From Macrostomum hystrix (taxonomy: Eukaryota; Animalia; Platyhelminthes), in assembly GCA_950097015.1 (NCBI GenBank), contig CATNEN010000039.1, positions 12,896,001-12,960,000 of the forward strand: 64,000 nt of DNA. The letters are read 5' to 3'. Positions 52,491 to 64,000 of the stretch are shown here, in pieces. Within the stretch, counting starts at the first letter, position 1, and each line of letters begins with the position of its first letter. Below the pieces are notes generated by a model. It was not told where the DNA came from, did not search any database, and saw only the letters and a list, made by a program, of their open reading frames with translations. A program made the translations under genes and the position numbers.

Positions 52491-53074
52491 TGCTCCGTTT
52501 TTGGTGAAACAAAATACCCCCCTCTGGTGGTTACAGTTCACAAAAATCCGAATGTAGCACCATTCGAACAGAAATAATTCCACTAAAGAAGTTCGAAAGA
52601 CTATGTTTGACCATGTGTAACGATTTATTAATATTATGATGTATTACTGAAACTTCGATTTTATTAATTAGTGGCTTACATGTTTATTTTTACCCACATT
52701 CTTGGCTAGCTTTTGCTGTAGAATCATTCATCGACTGTCCATCGCGCTATGTCCATATTTCAAAGCTGGTTTAATGTTTAATGCTTACTGTTTAATTCCA
52801 ATAGATGTTCGCAACAACACAGATTTATTTGTTATACTTTTCAATCGAACTCGACAGTCTGTTGGAATCAAGAATGGATAAATAAATGAATTATGTTATA
52901 CAATCGGGACTCCGATAAACATTGTTGTCAGCACCGAAAACCACACATCATGTTCCTTTACTTTCAAGCATAGCTCGGCTAAACTTTAAAAAAGAAAAAA
53001 TTAAGCTATTTTAATGTTTTTCAAGAGTTCGAGTACTTTAATTGGTATGCTAATGATCATTCTGCCGGAGGTTG

Positions 53075-53310
53075 TAGTTTTGTCATTAGAGTGACGGAGT
53101 CAGGACGAAAAGGTCGGCGGTTCGATTCCCGACTCCTCTGGAAAACTTGTGTCCTTTATCAAGACACTTAACTCTGCATTGCTTGAGTTTACCCAGCCAT
53201 TAATGTGTTCCAGCATTAGCTGGGGCAATTGAGGGTGGGTGTGGTATCCCTTCAGTCCATGGACTGAACAGCCGAACGCAGCCTTCAGATGCACTGCGCA
53301 ATTGCTGCGG
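53075..53310 (+). mobile_element. SINE family B copy
   Basis: GGTTCGATTCCCGACTCC B-box; TGTGTCCTTTATCAAGACACTTAACT CORE-like block; CAGTCCATGGACTGAACAGC. Confidence 0.78.
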
Positions 53311-55137
53311 TTTTGCGTCGTAATCAATCAAATTATTATGTGATGCTAATTTTAATTCATAGAGCCACAAGTTTCCAACAATCTGACTGGATTCCACGGT
53401 TATAAGTCACCCGCTACAATTTCGTTGGAATTTGTTCAAAGCGTTCGTTTATAAAGTATACTATGTATACGAGTACATGCATACATGTAAGTGTATGTGT
53501 GTTTATGTGTGCATGGTTGAGGGCCGCAACGATCGGTTTAACCAAACACGAGCACAAAAGCTCGAGAGTTATCTCTGAATACGGACCAGCCAACATTTCC
53601 AATTCCATTCTGCTGATTGCATGTTTTTGTACTTTTCTCAGCTTCTCGGCAATCGGCTTTGATAGCGGCATCAGATTTGCTCAGCTTGATCTGAGCTTTA
53701 ATGAGCAGGCTGAGGCAAATAGTTTGCTGCAGCTGCTTCATCCAGACATCGGTTCGGTTTGAGGTAAAGTTCCGAGAGCGGATTTAGTCGTGAGAGTTCC
53801 ATTTGATCCTTTTATAGCATTCTGAAGTGCGGGCTCACTGGGATCTGCTTGGGGGAAAACTGTTCCCCATAGTACCAAACTGAGGACGCGGTAGTAAATT
53901 TCAGGTCTGCAGTTTTGAAAGTCTGGGGCTGGGGCAAGCGGTCTAAGGACGGAGTGCTGGTCGTTGTGGGCGGAGCCTTCAGTTGCGGTGCCTATAGCTG
54001 CATTATTGATGCACTATAGGAGGCTGAGTTATGAGTATACCTACATAATGAAAACATTGAAACGGAAAATGTAATCCAGTGAAGTAATTTCCGTCTGATG
54101 CCTCCCTGCCGCCCCTCTTTGTTCATCGGCTCTGCTCAGACCTGTCTCATGTGGTTCATGAGCACTAAACACTAGGTCCGCCAGCAAATTGCAGCGCTCC
54201 CGTCATCAGCCTTTCATTTGCTCAGTGTGCAAATAATGCAGCGAGAGCACTTCAAGACTACCTGGATCTGCTTTTGATGCTCAACCGAGCTCAAGAAAAT
54301 TTCAAGACGGAATGAGCTCGATGGAATTTTTAAGAATAAGTTAAAGAAAAAATGCTGGCCCTTCTTATTGATAGAAATATGAGGAATGAGCATGGCGGAA
54401 CAGTGGCCTGCACTCAGCGTGACATGGGCAGGATGAAAGAACAAGTTGGTTTCACCTGCAGAATCAAAGACTCAAACAGCATAGGCCATAAACCCAAGAC
54501 AGTCTGATACAGGAGATTAGGCACGGCACTGTAAAATACTGGAAATGACATCGGTATGGTGGAAACGGAGAGATATGGAGACTTAGGCATGTAAGTCTAA
54601 GGTAAGGATGATGGCGAAAGGGATGCAGATGCAGGGATGGAGATGTATGATTGGAGCTGTTTAGGTCGAATAAGCAAGAATGGATACATTGTCTGGGATG
54701 TATGCATATTTCGTAAATTTAAAGAAGCAGTTAAACTAATAGATAAATCTTCAATTTTAATGCCTAAATGGTCAGTATTAAGTCTAGCACCGACAAAGGC
54801 AGCAAAATATGTTTGATTTTTCCACGATTGACCAACCGCAACAATAACCTAGTTAGATTAGGCATTTGTGCAAAACATCTGAGGTATAGGTTCAGGGAGG
54901 CCGTAAGAGTGTCCTAGTTAGGACCTCCGAACTAAATCCACTTTTATGTTAATTATTTAAGAATAATTTCCTAAATGCACATCAGATAATTTGGATACCT
55001 TCGAGTTGCAAAAATTATATGTTTGAATGATCTACGACTTCGCGTTTCTCAGAAAGCTAGAGATTAAATAGAACAAGCAAAAAGTTTTTTCACTGTCGGG
55101 TAGTGGTACTGCAGGCCGGTTGACAATGCGATCCATG

Positions 55138-58100
55138 TCAGCTGTCTGTGGATTCGTCAGATTCGTCCTCCTGCAGCAGACGCAATGGCGCTGGACAGAA
55201 CCGGTCCGGGCTAGACTTTCGTTTCCGCTGTCTGTCTAGCTCCTCCGAGTAATCTAGCAAGTCCAGCACGCAGCTAGTCAGGCCGGACGCTGGAAAGGGC
55301 ATGGCGTGCGCCGTGCCTGTACGCTTTGCTCGAGGTTCCAGCCACTCCACGGACGCCATGATCTCCTTCTCGCTGGGGCCGCAAATGCCGCCAAGTAGAA
55401 AGATACGATCGTCTAGAATGCAGCAGCCGAAGTTGCTGCGGGGTCGGCTCATCTGTGAGCACGTTGGCGGGATACAGAGGGCTGAGAACGAGCAGAAGTC
55501 TATTCTGATTGGGGTTCAAATGGTGCTTCAGAACCAAATCAATGATGGCGTGCATGAGGATAGCTTTTGTTGACGACTTCAAGGAATAATGTTAAATGAT
55601 TCGGTGATCGCAGTGTGAAATAAAAATAATTACAAGAGGGTTGCGGTACATCGTTTGGTGACACTAGACCCGCAGCCAGCGAGGAGGCAATGCTGCCCAT
55701 TTCGGTGACTCCTGAGCACACACGCACACAGATACTGTACGCAGGCACACGCTCACACAGGTATGTACATCTGCCCTGACTTTCTCATCGTCAGGCAGTG
55801 TACACTCTCACTGTGCCTTGGAGATTGTGGAGGTTGGCCCTCAAGGGTGTAAATTGCACGACAAGCCCCCCATGCAGGAGGCTGAGGCAACTGGGGTGAC
55901 ACTATAGACCTGCATACAGGAGATTAGGCACGACACTGCAAAATACTGGAAATGACATCGGCAATCAGGCAATTCTGTCTAAAATATTGAGTTTTACGTA
56001 AATCTCTGGCTCGCCTGACCTCGCAGTGATTTCGCCAGCCGCGAGACTCGCCAAGCCAGCACTCGACGCTGCGCAACCAGCCGGACGAGTTCCGACCGCA
56101 CAGCGCGTAGACACCGCCACCGTCCGGCAGGGCAACAAGACCAAGGCCGGTGCGAGGCGAGGATAGGAATCCGGTCAGCACTGTCCAGTCGCCAGTTGTC
56201 GGGCAGAATGCCTCGGCCGTGTCGAGATGAACTCGACCATCGAAGCCGCCAACAACCAGTAGTCGGTTTGCGAGGGCTACGGCAGCGGCTTCGCAGCGCG
56301 GCCTGCGCAATGGTTCGATGGCCACCCAGCTGTTGTCAGAGGCACGCATGCGCTCTACGTGGGTCAGGCGGCGCTCGGCAGTTTGACCGCCGATACTGTA
56401 CAGACAGTTGTCCATGGCAGCGCAGCAGTGGTAGTACCTTTCGAATGGAACAAACTGGACGTCGTGGATTCTATTTTAGGTTGACACTTTGTAGTGTATT
56501 TTTCAGTAGGGTAAGTGGCAGAGCAGTCTAACGCGCTTGCCTCTTTCATGCCAAGGTCGCTGAGCTCGATTGCACGGCGAGGCCACATTCATTTGGGGCG
56601 CAGCCGCAAAGAGAAGGCTTGGGGCTTGTCTTGCAATTTACGCCTTTGAGGGCCAACCTCCATGGCACAGTGAGTGTGTACACTGTGCTGAGGAGAAAGT
56701 CAGGGCAGATGTACGCACGTGTGTGAGTGCGTAGTGCGTGCCCGTGTACAGGATCCGTGAGCGTGAGTGCTTAGGAGTCAGCGAAATGGACAGAATTGCC
56801 TCATTGCTGGCTGCGGGTCTAGTGTCACTATATGATGTGTCAGTCAAATATTATTATTATTATAAATGCATTTTCTTCCAGTCTGCACAACAACGCACAG
56901 CAATTGCTCGGCGCTCTGTAATTACTCTGTACAGCTGTTCAGTCCGTGGACAAAGGTGTCTTCCACGCATACACGAATGTCTACCCCAGCTAATACAGGA
57001 ACGCATTTCGCTATAGATTCTAGTGATCAAAGCTCTTACCAATGTACTAACTGAGATAATCATCTGCTATAATAAGTTTTTTGCAGGACAGCTGTGTGCA
57101 CTGGAACACAATTTGGTGACCATGAACCTGGAGCCAACGAGAGGCAAACGCGTTAACCCCCCTGCTTTCAATAAAAACCTTCTCATCTGCAATTCTCACC
57201 TGGCCTGCAGCATGCAGGAGCCCTCGTACCAGCCAAGGTGCGGCCGTCGCCGATCGAAGCACAGTACCGACTTCAGAGCCTCGGAGCCACTGTAGCCGCC
57301 AACGAAATGCACAACATCGCCAAGTAGAGCGCAGCAGGCGTGCGATCGCTCGTCCAGCCAGCCAAGTTGGTGTCGTTGCGCCTCATCGGGCGAGCGGAGG
57401 TCCCACACATCGGCGCGAGGATCGTACACCTGGCAGAAGGCTGTTGGGCCCTGTCGGCGATACCAGCCACCGAGCAGCAATAGCACCTGCGAGAGATTTG
57501 ACGGCAGCCAAAATATTGAAAGAACTTCAAATCAGCTCTCATTATTCATGTGATTGCTATAAATATACATTTGCACATGGAATCACTTGGCAATATGTAC
57601 TCGTATTTGGTCACTGTTAAACATATTATCTGATAGCAGTAGTCAGAAACCTTAACTCCCACGCCAAAGTGATGATATAAATATGACAGCCTGCTGAGAT
57701 GAAGGAGATAAGACACGGAAGCAATGAGATATAGAGGGATTATACTCGTACAGTGCTTAATGGTGTTGCACGGGGCTAAAAGCGGGAGTTGAGTGGGAGA
57801 GCCGTCTAACGCGTTTGCCTCTAGCACCAAGGTCTCAAGGTCGATTCCGCGGCGAGGCCACATTTATTTGTGGCGCAGCCGCGAAGAGAAGGCTTGGAAG
57901 GCTTGCGAGTCTTGCTGTTAACGCCCTTTAGGGCCAACATCCAAGGCACAGTGGGAGCGTACACTGCTTGACGCTGAGAAAGTCAGTGCAGATGTACTCA
58001 CCTGTGGGAGCGTATGTCTGCGTACAGTATCTGTGTGCGTGTGTGCTCAGGATTCAGCAAAATGATCAGAAGTGCCTCCTCACTGGCTGCGGGTCTAGTG

Positions 58101-59987
58101 TCACTAAATGATGTGCCATTGCCCGCAGCCCTCCTGCAATTTTATTATTAAGAGGAAGCGGATTTTGGAGTCGGAGGTTGACAAACCTTGAGCAAGGAAG
58201 CAAATGCGACAATTAGACATGGGCCACGCACCTGATGCGGCCAGCGGGGTGGCTTGGACTTAAGCAATTTGTCCTGGTGCCGCTTGCTGAATTCGCTGGG
58301 AAGAGGGTAGGCGCGCGCAAAGTCGAGAAACCCATCGTTGCAGCTGATCACGGGCTCCCTTAAGGCGGCCTCGAACTCCTCAGTCTCCATATGGCCGAAG
58401 CGAACACAACAGAGCAGTTGCTCAAGCTGCAGCTGCAGCTGATCCTTTGGCTGTTTTTCATGCCGCAGCTGCAGCCACTGGCCAATTGTCTGAAGCACCT
58501 GAATTGATTGGGAGAGAAAATTGTAGCAAAAAATCCGACAAGTGCGAAAATTGCAACTGATTTCTCGCAACTGACTTACCTGCAGCTCAGACTTGCAGTT
58601 GAGCAGCTTGTGACCGAGAATTTCAGCCAGAGCGTCCGCTTCCAGCCGTAGGAAGCAGTCAGTCTGATTGAGCTGCGAGAACGAGCGCAGGAGGCAACGC
58701 AGGCTGACCTGGGTCAGGTCGGGCAGGTTAAACGGCCTGGCGAACTCCCAAACAGCCAACGCGGCCAGGACGTCAGCTGAGCAGCGTCGGTTAATGAAGC
58801 GAAGGCACATGGCGCGCAGAGGCTCGCACAGGATAAAGTCAGCGGCAAGGAACAACGGCAGGCAGGTGTCATCGGCTACTCGCAGGTGGCAGCAGCGCAG
58901 GCTGATGCCGCTGAGGGCGGCAGAGATGCTGTCGCCGATGCAGCTCAACCAGCCGAGACGCAATTCGACGAAGCTAAAATTGAATTAAATTAATGGGCCT
59001 CTCTAGATTCATGTGCCTTTTAAAAACCGGAAAGATAATAATTTTCATTACAGAAAAAGTGATATTTTGAGAATAAGAAACTAAAAAGGTAAGTGAGATT
59101 GTGTCAATAGATTATTATGGACACAATAAGAATTACTATTATTTATTATTCGCAGGAGGCCTGTGGGCACTGGCACATCATTTGGTGACAGCAGACAGGT
59201 GGCAATTCTGCCCATTTCGCTGACTCCTGAGCACACACTGATGGCACACACACATAAATACCGTACACGGGTGTTTCACACAGGTGTGTCCATATGCCCG
59301 GACTTTCTCATCGTCAGGCAGTTTACACTCTCACTGAGCCTTGGAGGTTGGCCTTCAATGGCGTAAATTGCACGACAAGCCCCCAAGCCCCCAGGCCAAA
59401 TGCATTTGGCCTCGCCGCGGAATCGAGCTCAGGGACCTTGGCGCGAGAGGCAAACGCGTTACACCAACTCACCCCAACGAATCACTAGGGACATCAAATG
59501 CTCACTACAGTAATTGAAGTAGTTGTTCATCCGGTTTTCCCTGATTAGAAAAAGCTTATTTTTCATAGCCTCACACTATGATATTGCTACAATCAGCAAT
59601 ATCAAGCTATAGTAATATAACTTTCTAATTAATTAGGTAGAAATGACATTAGTTAAATCCCAAGTCTCACTTTTCCTGGCTGTATTTGAACAGCGAGCTG
59701 AAAAATCCGCTGTGAAAGCCAACGGAGAAGGCATTGACAGACTTGGTGGCACCACAGTTCACGAATGCGATTGTGTGCGTGTTGAGAAAGGACAGATCAG
59801 CATCCAACCAATCCAGGTCCTGGCAGGCGATGAACTCTCGATAACGCGCCTGCAGATGATGAGGCATGAAGCCGCTGGCCAGTTCCTCCATCATCAGTGG
59901 GAAGGCCAGCTGGCGCAGCGCAGCGCAGCCGCTGTTGCTCCAGTTGCACTCATGTCTAATGTCACTGCCCTGTGTATTTATCTGCAT
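55138..59987 (-). CDS. BTB-BACK-Kelch protein, KLHL10-like
   Basis: Exons ~59987-59669 (BTB start, ..HSGFFSSLF), ~59542-59508, ~58975-58580 (BTB end/BACK), ~58499-58232, ~57487-57200, ~56438-56020, ~55453-55138. Kelch GG..W repeats. Spliced PRWPHQ|VLLLLGGW...PT...YDPRADVW resembles KLHL10. Orthology not tested. Confidence 0.85.
55625..55871 (-). mobile_element. SINE family A copy, 5' truncated
   Basis: Body and tail match; no tRNA head. Confidence 0.8.
56508..56862 (+). mobile_element. SINE family A copy
   Basis: Head, body and (TTA)n tail. Confidence 0.85.
57790..58149 (+). mobile_element. SINE family A copy
   Basis: Head with GTCGATTCC, body and TTA tail. Confidence 0.85.
59140..59476 (-). 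mobile_element. SINE family A copy (diverged)
   Basis: Reverse-complement match including the head. Confidence 0.78.
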
Positions 59988-60253
59988 CGCGTGGTCCAAG
60001 GACTCGCTCTATTGGTCTCCAACATTCAGCTGGAGCAAGCTTTCTTCTACTAAGGAATATTCGAATAAAATAATAAAAAAGTGAAATCTCATGACTATTA
60101 TATCTCACGGAAGCATGAATTTAATGTTTAGAAGCAGCTGGCTTTGTCTATGTCATCACTCGACGCGCGTATTTTCTCTAGCACAAATAATAGTGCACAC
60201 TTTTGGTGTGCGCAAAACAAGTTGCTTCAACTTAATATTCATAGTGAAATATA

Positions 60254-60851
60254 CATTTTTACGTTCTATTTGATAAAAACTGCAACCAATTTGGCCACGG
60301 CTCAGCCTGACGCAGCCGCAGCAATTTTCCATAGACAGCCGCCGCTAGCAGCAACCAATTTGGTAAAAACTGCGAGCTATTTTGCCAGCTTGAAGATATC
60401 ATTCCTATCATCTTATCATTCTTATCATCACTCTGATGGCGAATCGTGGGCCGTACCAAAAGATAAGTGAGCTGGATCGAGAGCGAATCGTGAGAGCGTA
60501 CAGGAATGGCGACGACTGGAGAGAGCTTGGCAGAATGATGGTCGGCTGCCATCAGTGCCACTTCATTCATTCTTAATGTTATGAATTCGTGTTCTGACTT
60601 CTGACTGAGGACATATTGTTATCATTCTTTATCGTTATTGTTATGCTATCGCTCCCTATTTCGCTACTGCTGTTGACAGGGCAGGTCAAATACAGCAGTG
60701 AGCTGCTATCTTCAAGCTGGCAAAATAGCTCGCAGTTTTTACCAAATTGGTTGCTGCTAGCGGCGGCTGTCTATGGAAAATTGCTGCGGCTGCGTCAGGC
60801 TGAGCCGTGGCCAAATTGGTTGCAGTTTTTATCAAATAGAACGTAAAAAGG
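60254..60851 (+). mobile_element. Mini Tc1/mariner/IS630-like element with ~145-bp TIRs
   Basis: Near-perfect inverted repeats (~60254-60399 vs ~60707-60851), TA on both flanks, internal 46-aa ORF resembling a transposase N-terminal HTH. Exact termini uncertain by ~10 bp. Confidence 0.8.
60436..60576 (+). pseudogene. Truncated transposase N-terminal HTH fragment
   Basis: MANRGPYQKISELDRERIVRAYRNGDDWRELGRMM..., below the ORF-track cutoff; pattern resembles Tc1/IS630-type first HTH. Confidence 0.55.
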
Positions 60852-61014
60852 TATATTACACCTTTCCTCGCTCAATTTTGGCACAGCTGCAGTCTATTCT
60901 TCTCAACTTGCTTTCAAACCCGAAAGTTTATGGTCAGTCCCTACCATAGATATTATATACCTGGAAGGTCCTTATTAGGTTTTCATCCGATTCCGACAGT
61001 CTCGCAGTCTATTC

Positions 61015-61058
61015 CACAGATTCTATATTACCTGTATAACGGTAATATAGAATGTGTG
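61015..61058. mobile_element. 44-bp remnant (probable excision footprint) of the P-superfamily element
   Basis: CACAGATTCTATATTACC-TGTATAAC-GGTAATATAGAATGTGTG, i.e. the terminal 18 bp of each TIR, between 8-bp direct repeats GTCTATTC (61007-61014, 61059-61066). Confidence 0.85.
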
Positions 61059-62294
61059 GTCTATTCTGACACTTAGCAAGCGTTTCAGACAGCTTTCGAC
61101 ACTTGTCATTCATTCATTGAATTCATTCATTTCCGTCAAGGGGGTGGCTTATCCCTCCTTTGCCTTGCTGTCTATGGCATGAAAGCTGGCTCCATAAGTT
61201 CAATTCCGACAGATTGCAAGCATATTGTACAGTTTCAGCTTATGTTCACCCCCTAGTTGTGGCTGCTCCCGTTGTCGTATTGTCATGTCATGTCACATTG
61301 TCATCTGCCTGTCATCTTATAAAATCGCGTTCGAGTATATAAACGAGAATAAAATGAAGATTGAAGCTTTCTAAATTTTTCATTAAAGCGACATGTTTTG
61401 CAAGATATTACTAAAAGAACAGTGATCTGCTTCCAATAAACGTTATCAAACATTATAATATGAAATAAAGTGAAGAAATCCCATTTCGCTAGTGCATTTT
61501 TCCGTGAAAATCTGCCTCTAATAAATTTACCAAAATGAATTACCCTGTCCTTCTTCTTCTAGTGTGTTGTGTATTGCAAAACTCTAGAATGCCAGATTAT
61601 ATTAGCAAAATTAGAGATTGCAAAGATACGAGCGGGATAGAGCCGATTTAATAAAACGCTATAGGGAAATGAATGTATCTGTATTAAAAAATCGAGCTAG
61701 GTTGAATGTTGCACCCTCATAGACGTGTCCGTTGGGTCCGAAGCTCTAACAACTAAGGCTAAGAAGAGGCCTCGTTGATTTTGCAGGTAATTTGATAGTT
61801 CTTGATGGAGTTTTTATCATTTTTAAAAGTGCAAATGCTTTTTAGACGACAACTAGAAACTTTTATGATTTGCTGCAACAGGTTTAAAATAAAATTAAGC
61901 TAAATTAAATTAATTAAACTGAATTTAATCAAACAATTAGAACTTTTTTTACAACTGAAAAAGTTACTGCACTCCATTTAAGAGAGACCCCGGTGAGAAC
62001 GACTAGAAAAACTGTTGCCAGCTCTGCCAAAATCCTACTCAGGTGCCGATAAATTACCGATAAAATAATTGCTTATAGTTTTTTCTCCCATCCACATAGA
62101 GCTACTGGGGCCACTAGCTACCTAGCAGGGTATGACAATTAGCGGAAGGACACTCCGCGTAGAGCCAGCAAACCTGGTGGCGATAATGGCCTGGACAGTC
62201 AATATATAATGCTTCGCCTATCAGAATGCGTTGCGCATGGTGGAAACGTAGGAAGCTGCTCTGACTTCAAATTAGCGACCTAGATCTGCTGAAG

Positions 62295-63387
62295 ATGACA
62301 GGTAGTGAAAAGCTCTTTAACTTCTGATAAGTCGGAACCAAATAATGAGCTTTACCTCGCTCTAACGAACTCTCTTTCAGGACGGCGAAACCTGAACTTA
62401 GTATTCACCTTTGTCATCAGTTTGGCTGCCGGTGCTCAAAGCCAGTCGCTGAGCAAAAGCTCCGTCTGGAGGAGAGCGGAGGTTAGTTGTGTACTCGAGA
62501 GCTCGTCAGCTGGCGTACATCGCATCGGAGTCATCACGGAGTCTCACTGCGTGATGACGGCCGAGGAGAAGCTGCCGACCGGAGCTCTGGTGGCTCAGTT
62601 CGACCATCTCGCCCGCACCTGCTCCGTCTTCACCTTCCAGTCGGTGTGCCGCAGCCTGACCCCCGGCCTGTCGCCCAGCTGTTCCGTGTTCTTCCGATTT
62701 CCAATCGATCACCGGCTGATCAGCGCCAAGCTCAGCAATTTGTGGCTGGCAGGTGAGGTGAGCAGACTGGAGAACCTGGTGTGCCAGGCCGATGAGGACA
62801 CGAACCGCCTGCACCCAGTGGCTGTTCAGTGGAGCAGCGAAGGCGCCGTGTTCGATGGCTCAGCAGCCTATGCAGTGCTGAACAAGTCCAGCATCAGCTT
62901 CACCACCGGCCTCACCTGGCTGCTGAGGCTCAAGCGGCAGCCGCAGGTGCAGCCGTTTTTCGAAATGACGAGCTGCGAATCACTGGGAGCGCCCTCAGGA
63001 CATGGCGTTAGCTTCTGGGAGTACAATGCTCCACAAAGGCTCTATGTTAGAGGGAGCAGAATCACGGGATCTATGGTAGGCTATCTTTTCACACCAGTTT
63101 CGACTCTCTCAGCGAGCCCAAGCGACTGGATGAACATCGGCTTTACTGTCAACGGAAGCGTCTACGATTTCTTCGCTTCGGGATCCTTCCTACCCAGAGG
63201 TGGCATAACACAAAATCCTGACTTTGAGCCATGCAATGTGTTAAACAAAACCGCCTGCGTGTACCTCGGAATGCGCATTGAGAGTCCTAGGAACGTAATG
63301 TTTAATGGCACAATTCGGGCGCTGGCTATCGCCAACTTCAGCATGACTGAGGCCGAGATTCGCGACTTCTTCGCTCTGATTGGCTGA
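62295..63387 (+). CDS. Secreted protein with Cys-rich N-terminal module and C-terminal LamG/ConA-like (pentraxin-like) domain
   Basis: Probable micro first exon ATGACAG|gt (62295-62301) spliced to ag|62381 gives MTGRRNLNLVFTFVISLAAGAQS (signal peptide). C-terminal FDG..Y, TW.LR, W..IGFT, FNG.I..LAI.N..MTEAEI pattern. Confidence 0.72.
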
Positions 63388-64000
63388 CGGCTGGGTATTT
63401 GCACACCCATCAACGAACTGTTTGGGCGTTTCTTCGTCCCACAGTCATTTAAGAGAATAATCGGTCAATTTTGAAATTGCATGGTAATTGTTGTCTAGCC
63501 ATGCATTACGAGACGCTATTTACAATATTCACTGTACACAATATTCCTTTATCATTTTGTTTAGTCATAAATATTTTTTCAACACTAATTTGCAAAGCAT
63601 GTGAAACTCGTTCTTATTCATAGTCTTAGGCTATTTTCTCAACTCTGAAAGCTTAATGTCTTCATGGCACTTGCTGTTCGATGGGGGTTCGTCCCAGCGT
63701 GCTGCCTTCATTCACGCCGAGGCTGTTCATTGTGCCTTGGAATCGTGCATGGTTGCTTGCTGGAGTCTTGAAACGTTTTCAAATGTTACTCTATCTGGTG
63801 TGCAGCTTTGCGGGCTTCACGAGCCCGCAAAGCAACATTGCTTTCGAGACTATTCTACTCGATTAAAGTTATTTTTTACGATATCCAGATTCTGCTTTAG
63901 ATTCGCCTTAAACATTAGAATGGCCACTGTTTTATGTATTATTCTATATCTCCAAAAATACTCGTATTTAACTAATCGCCATGAAAATTCTAAACACCAG

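Noticed and set aside
53400-54480. Possible decayed gene or retroelement fragment
   Set aside because: Only short ORFs with stops in all frames and no motif I can identify.
54507-55960. ~48-bp direct repeat (ATACAGGAGATTAGGCACG...GAAATGACATCGG) at ~54507 and ~55913
   Set aside because: Too short, with no termini or TSD to classify; probably fragments of another dispersed repeat.
60259-60846. Two ORFs sharing SSSWQNSSQFLPNW...
   Set aside because: They are opposite-strand translations of the element's TIRs.

Overview
Eukaryotic (metazoan, intron-rich) DNA with many short GT-AG introns. The style (compact introns, polyQ GPCR, multi-WSC genes) suggests a free-living invertebrate such as a flatworm, but that is inference. 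Genes, left to right: a partial unknown minus-strand gene at the left edge; a ZDHHC3/7-like DHHC palmitoyltransferase (+); a ~12-domain C-type lectin, mannose-receptor-like membrane protein (-); two tandem paralogous secreted proteins with 13 WSC domains each (+), divergent from the lectin receptor; an intronless class A GPCR (+); a KLHL10-like BTB-BACK-Kelch gene (-); and a secreted LamG/ConA-like protein (+). Mobile DNA includes a 936-bp internally deleted P-superfamily element (perfect 32-bp TIRs, 8-bp TSD) that keeps an intact THAP + coiled-coil ORF, like the Drosophila KP repressor. A 44-bp remnant of the same family lies 13 kb away, with ~18 bp of each TIR between 8-bp TSDs, and resembles a P excision footprint. 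Also present: a TTAA-flanked palindromic non-autonomous transposon family, a mini Tc1/IS630-like element, three tRNA-derived SINE families and several minisatellites. Exon and repeat boundaries were read by eye, and nothing was searched against databases.
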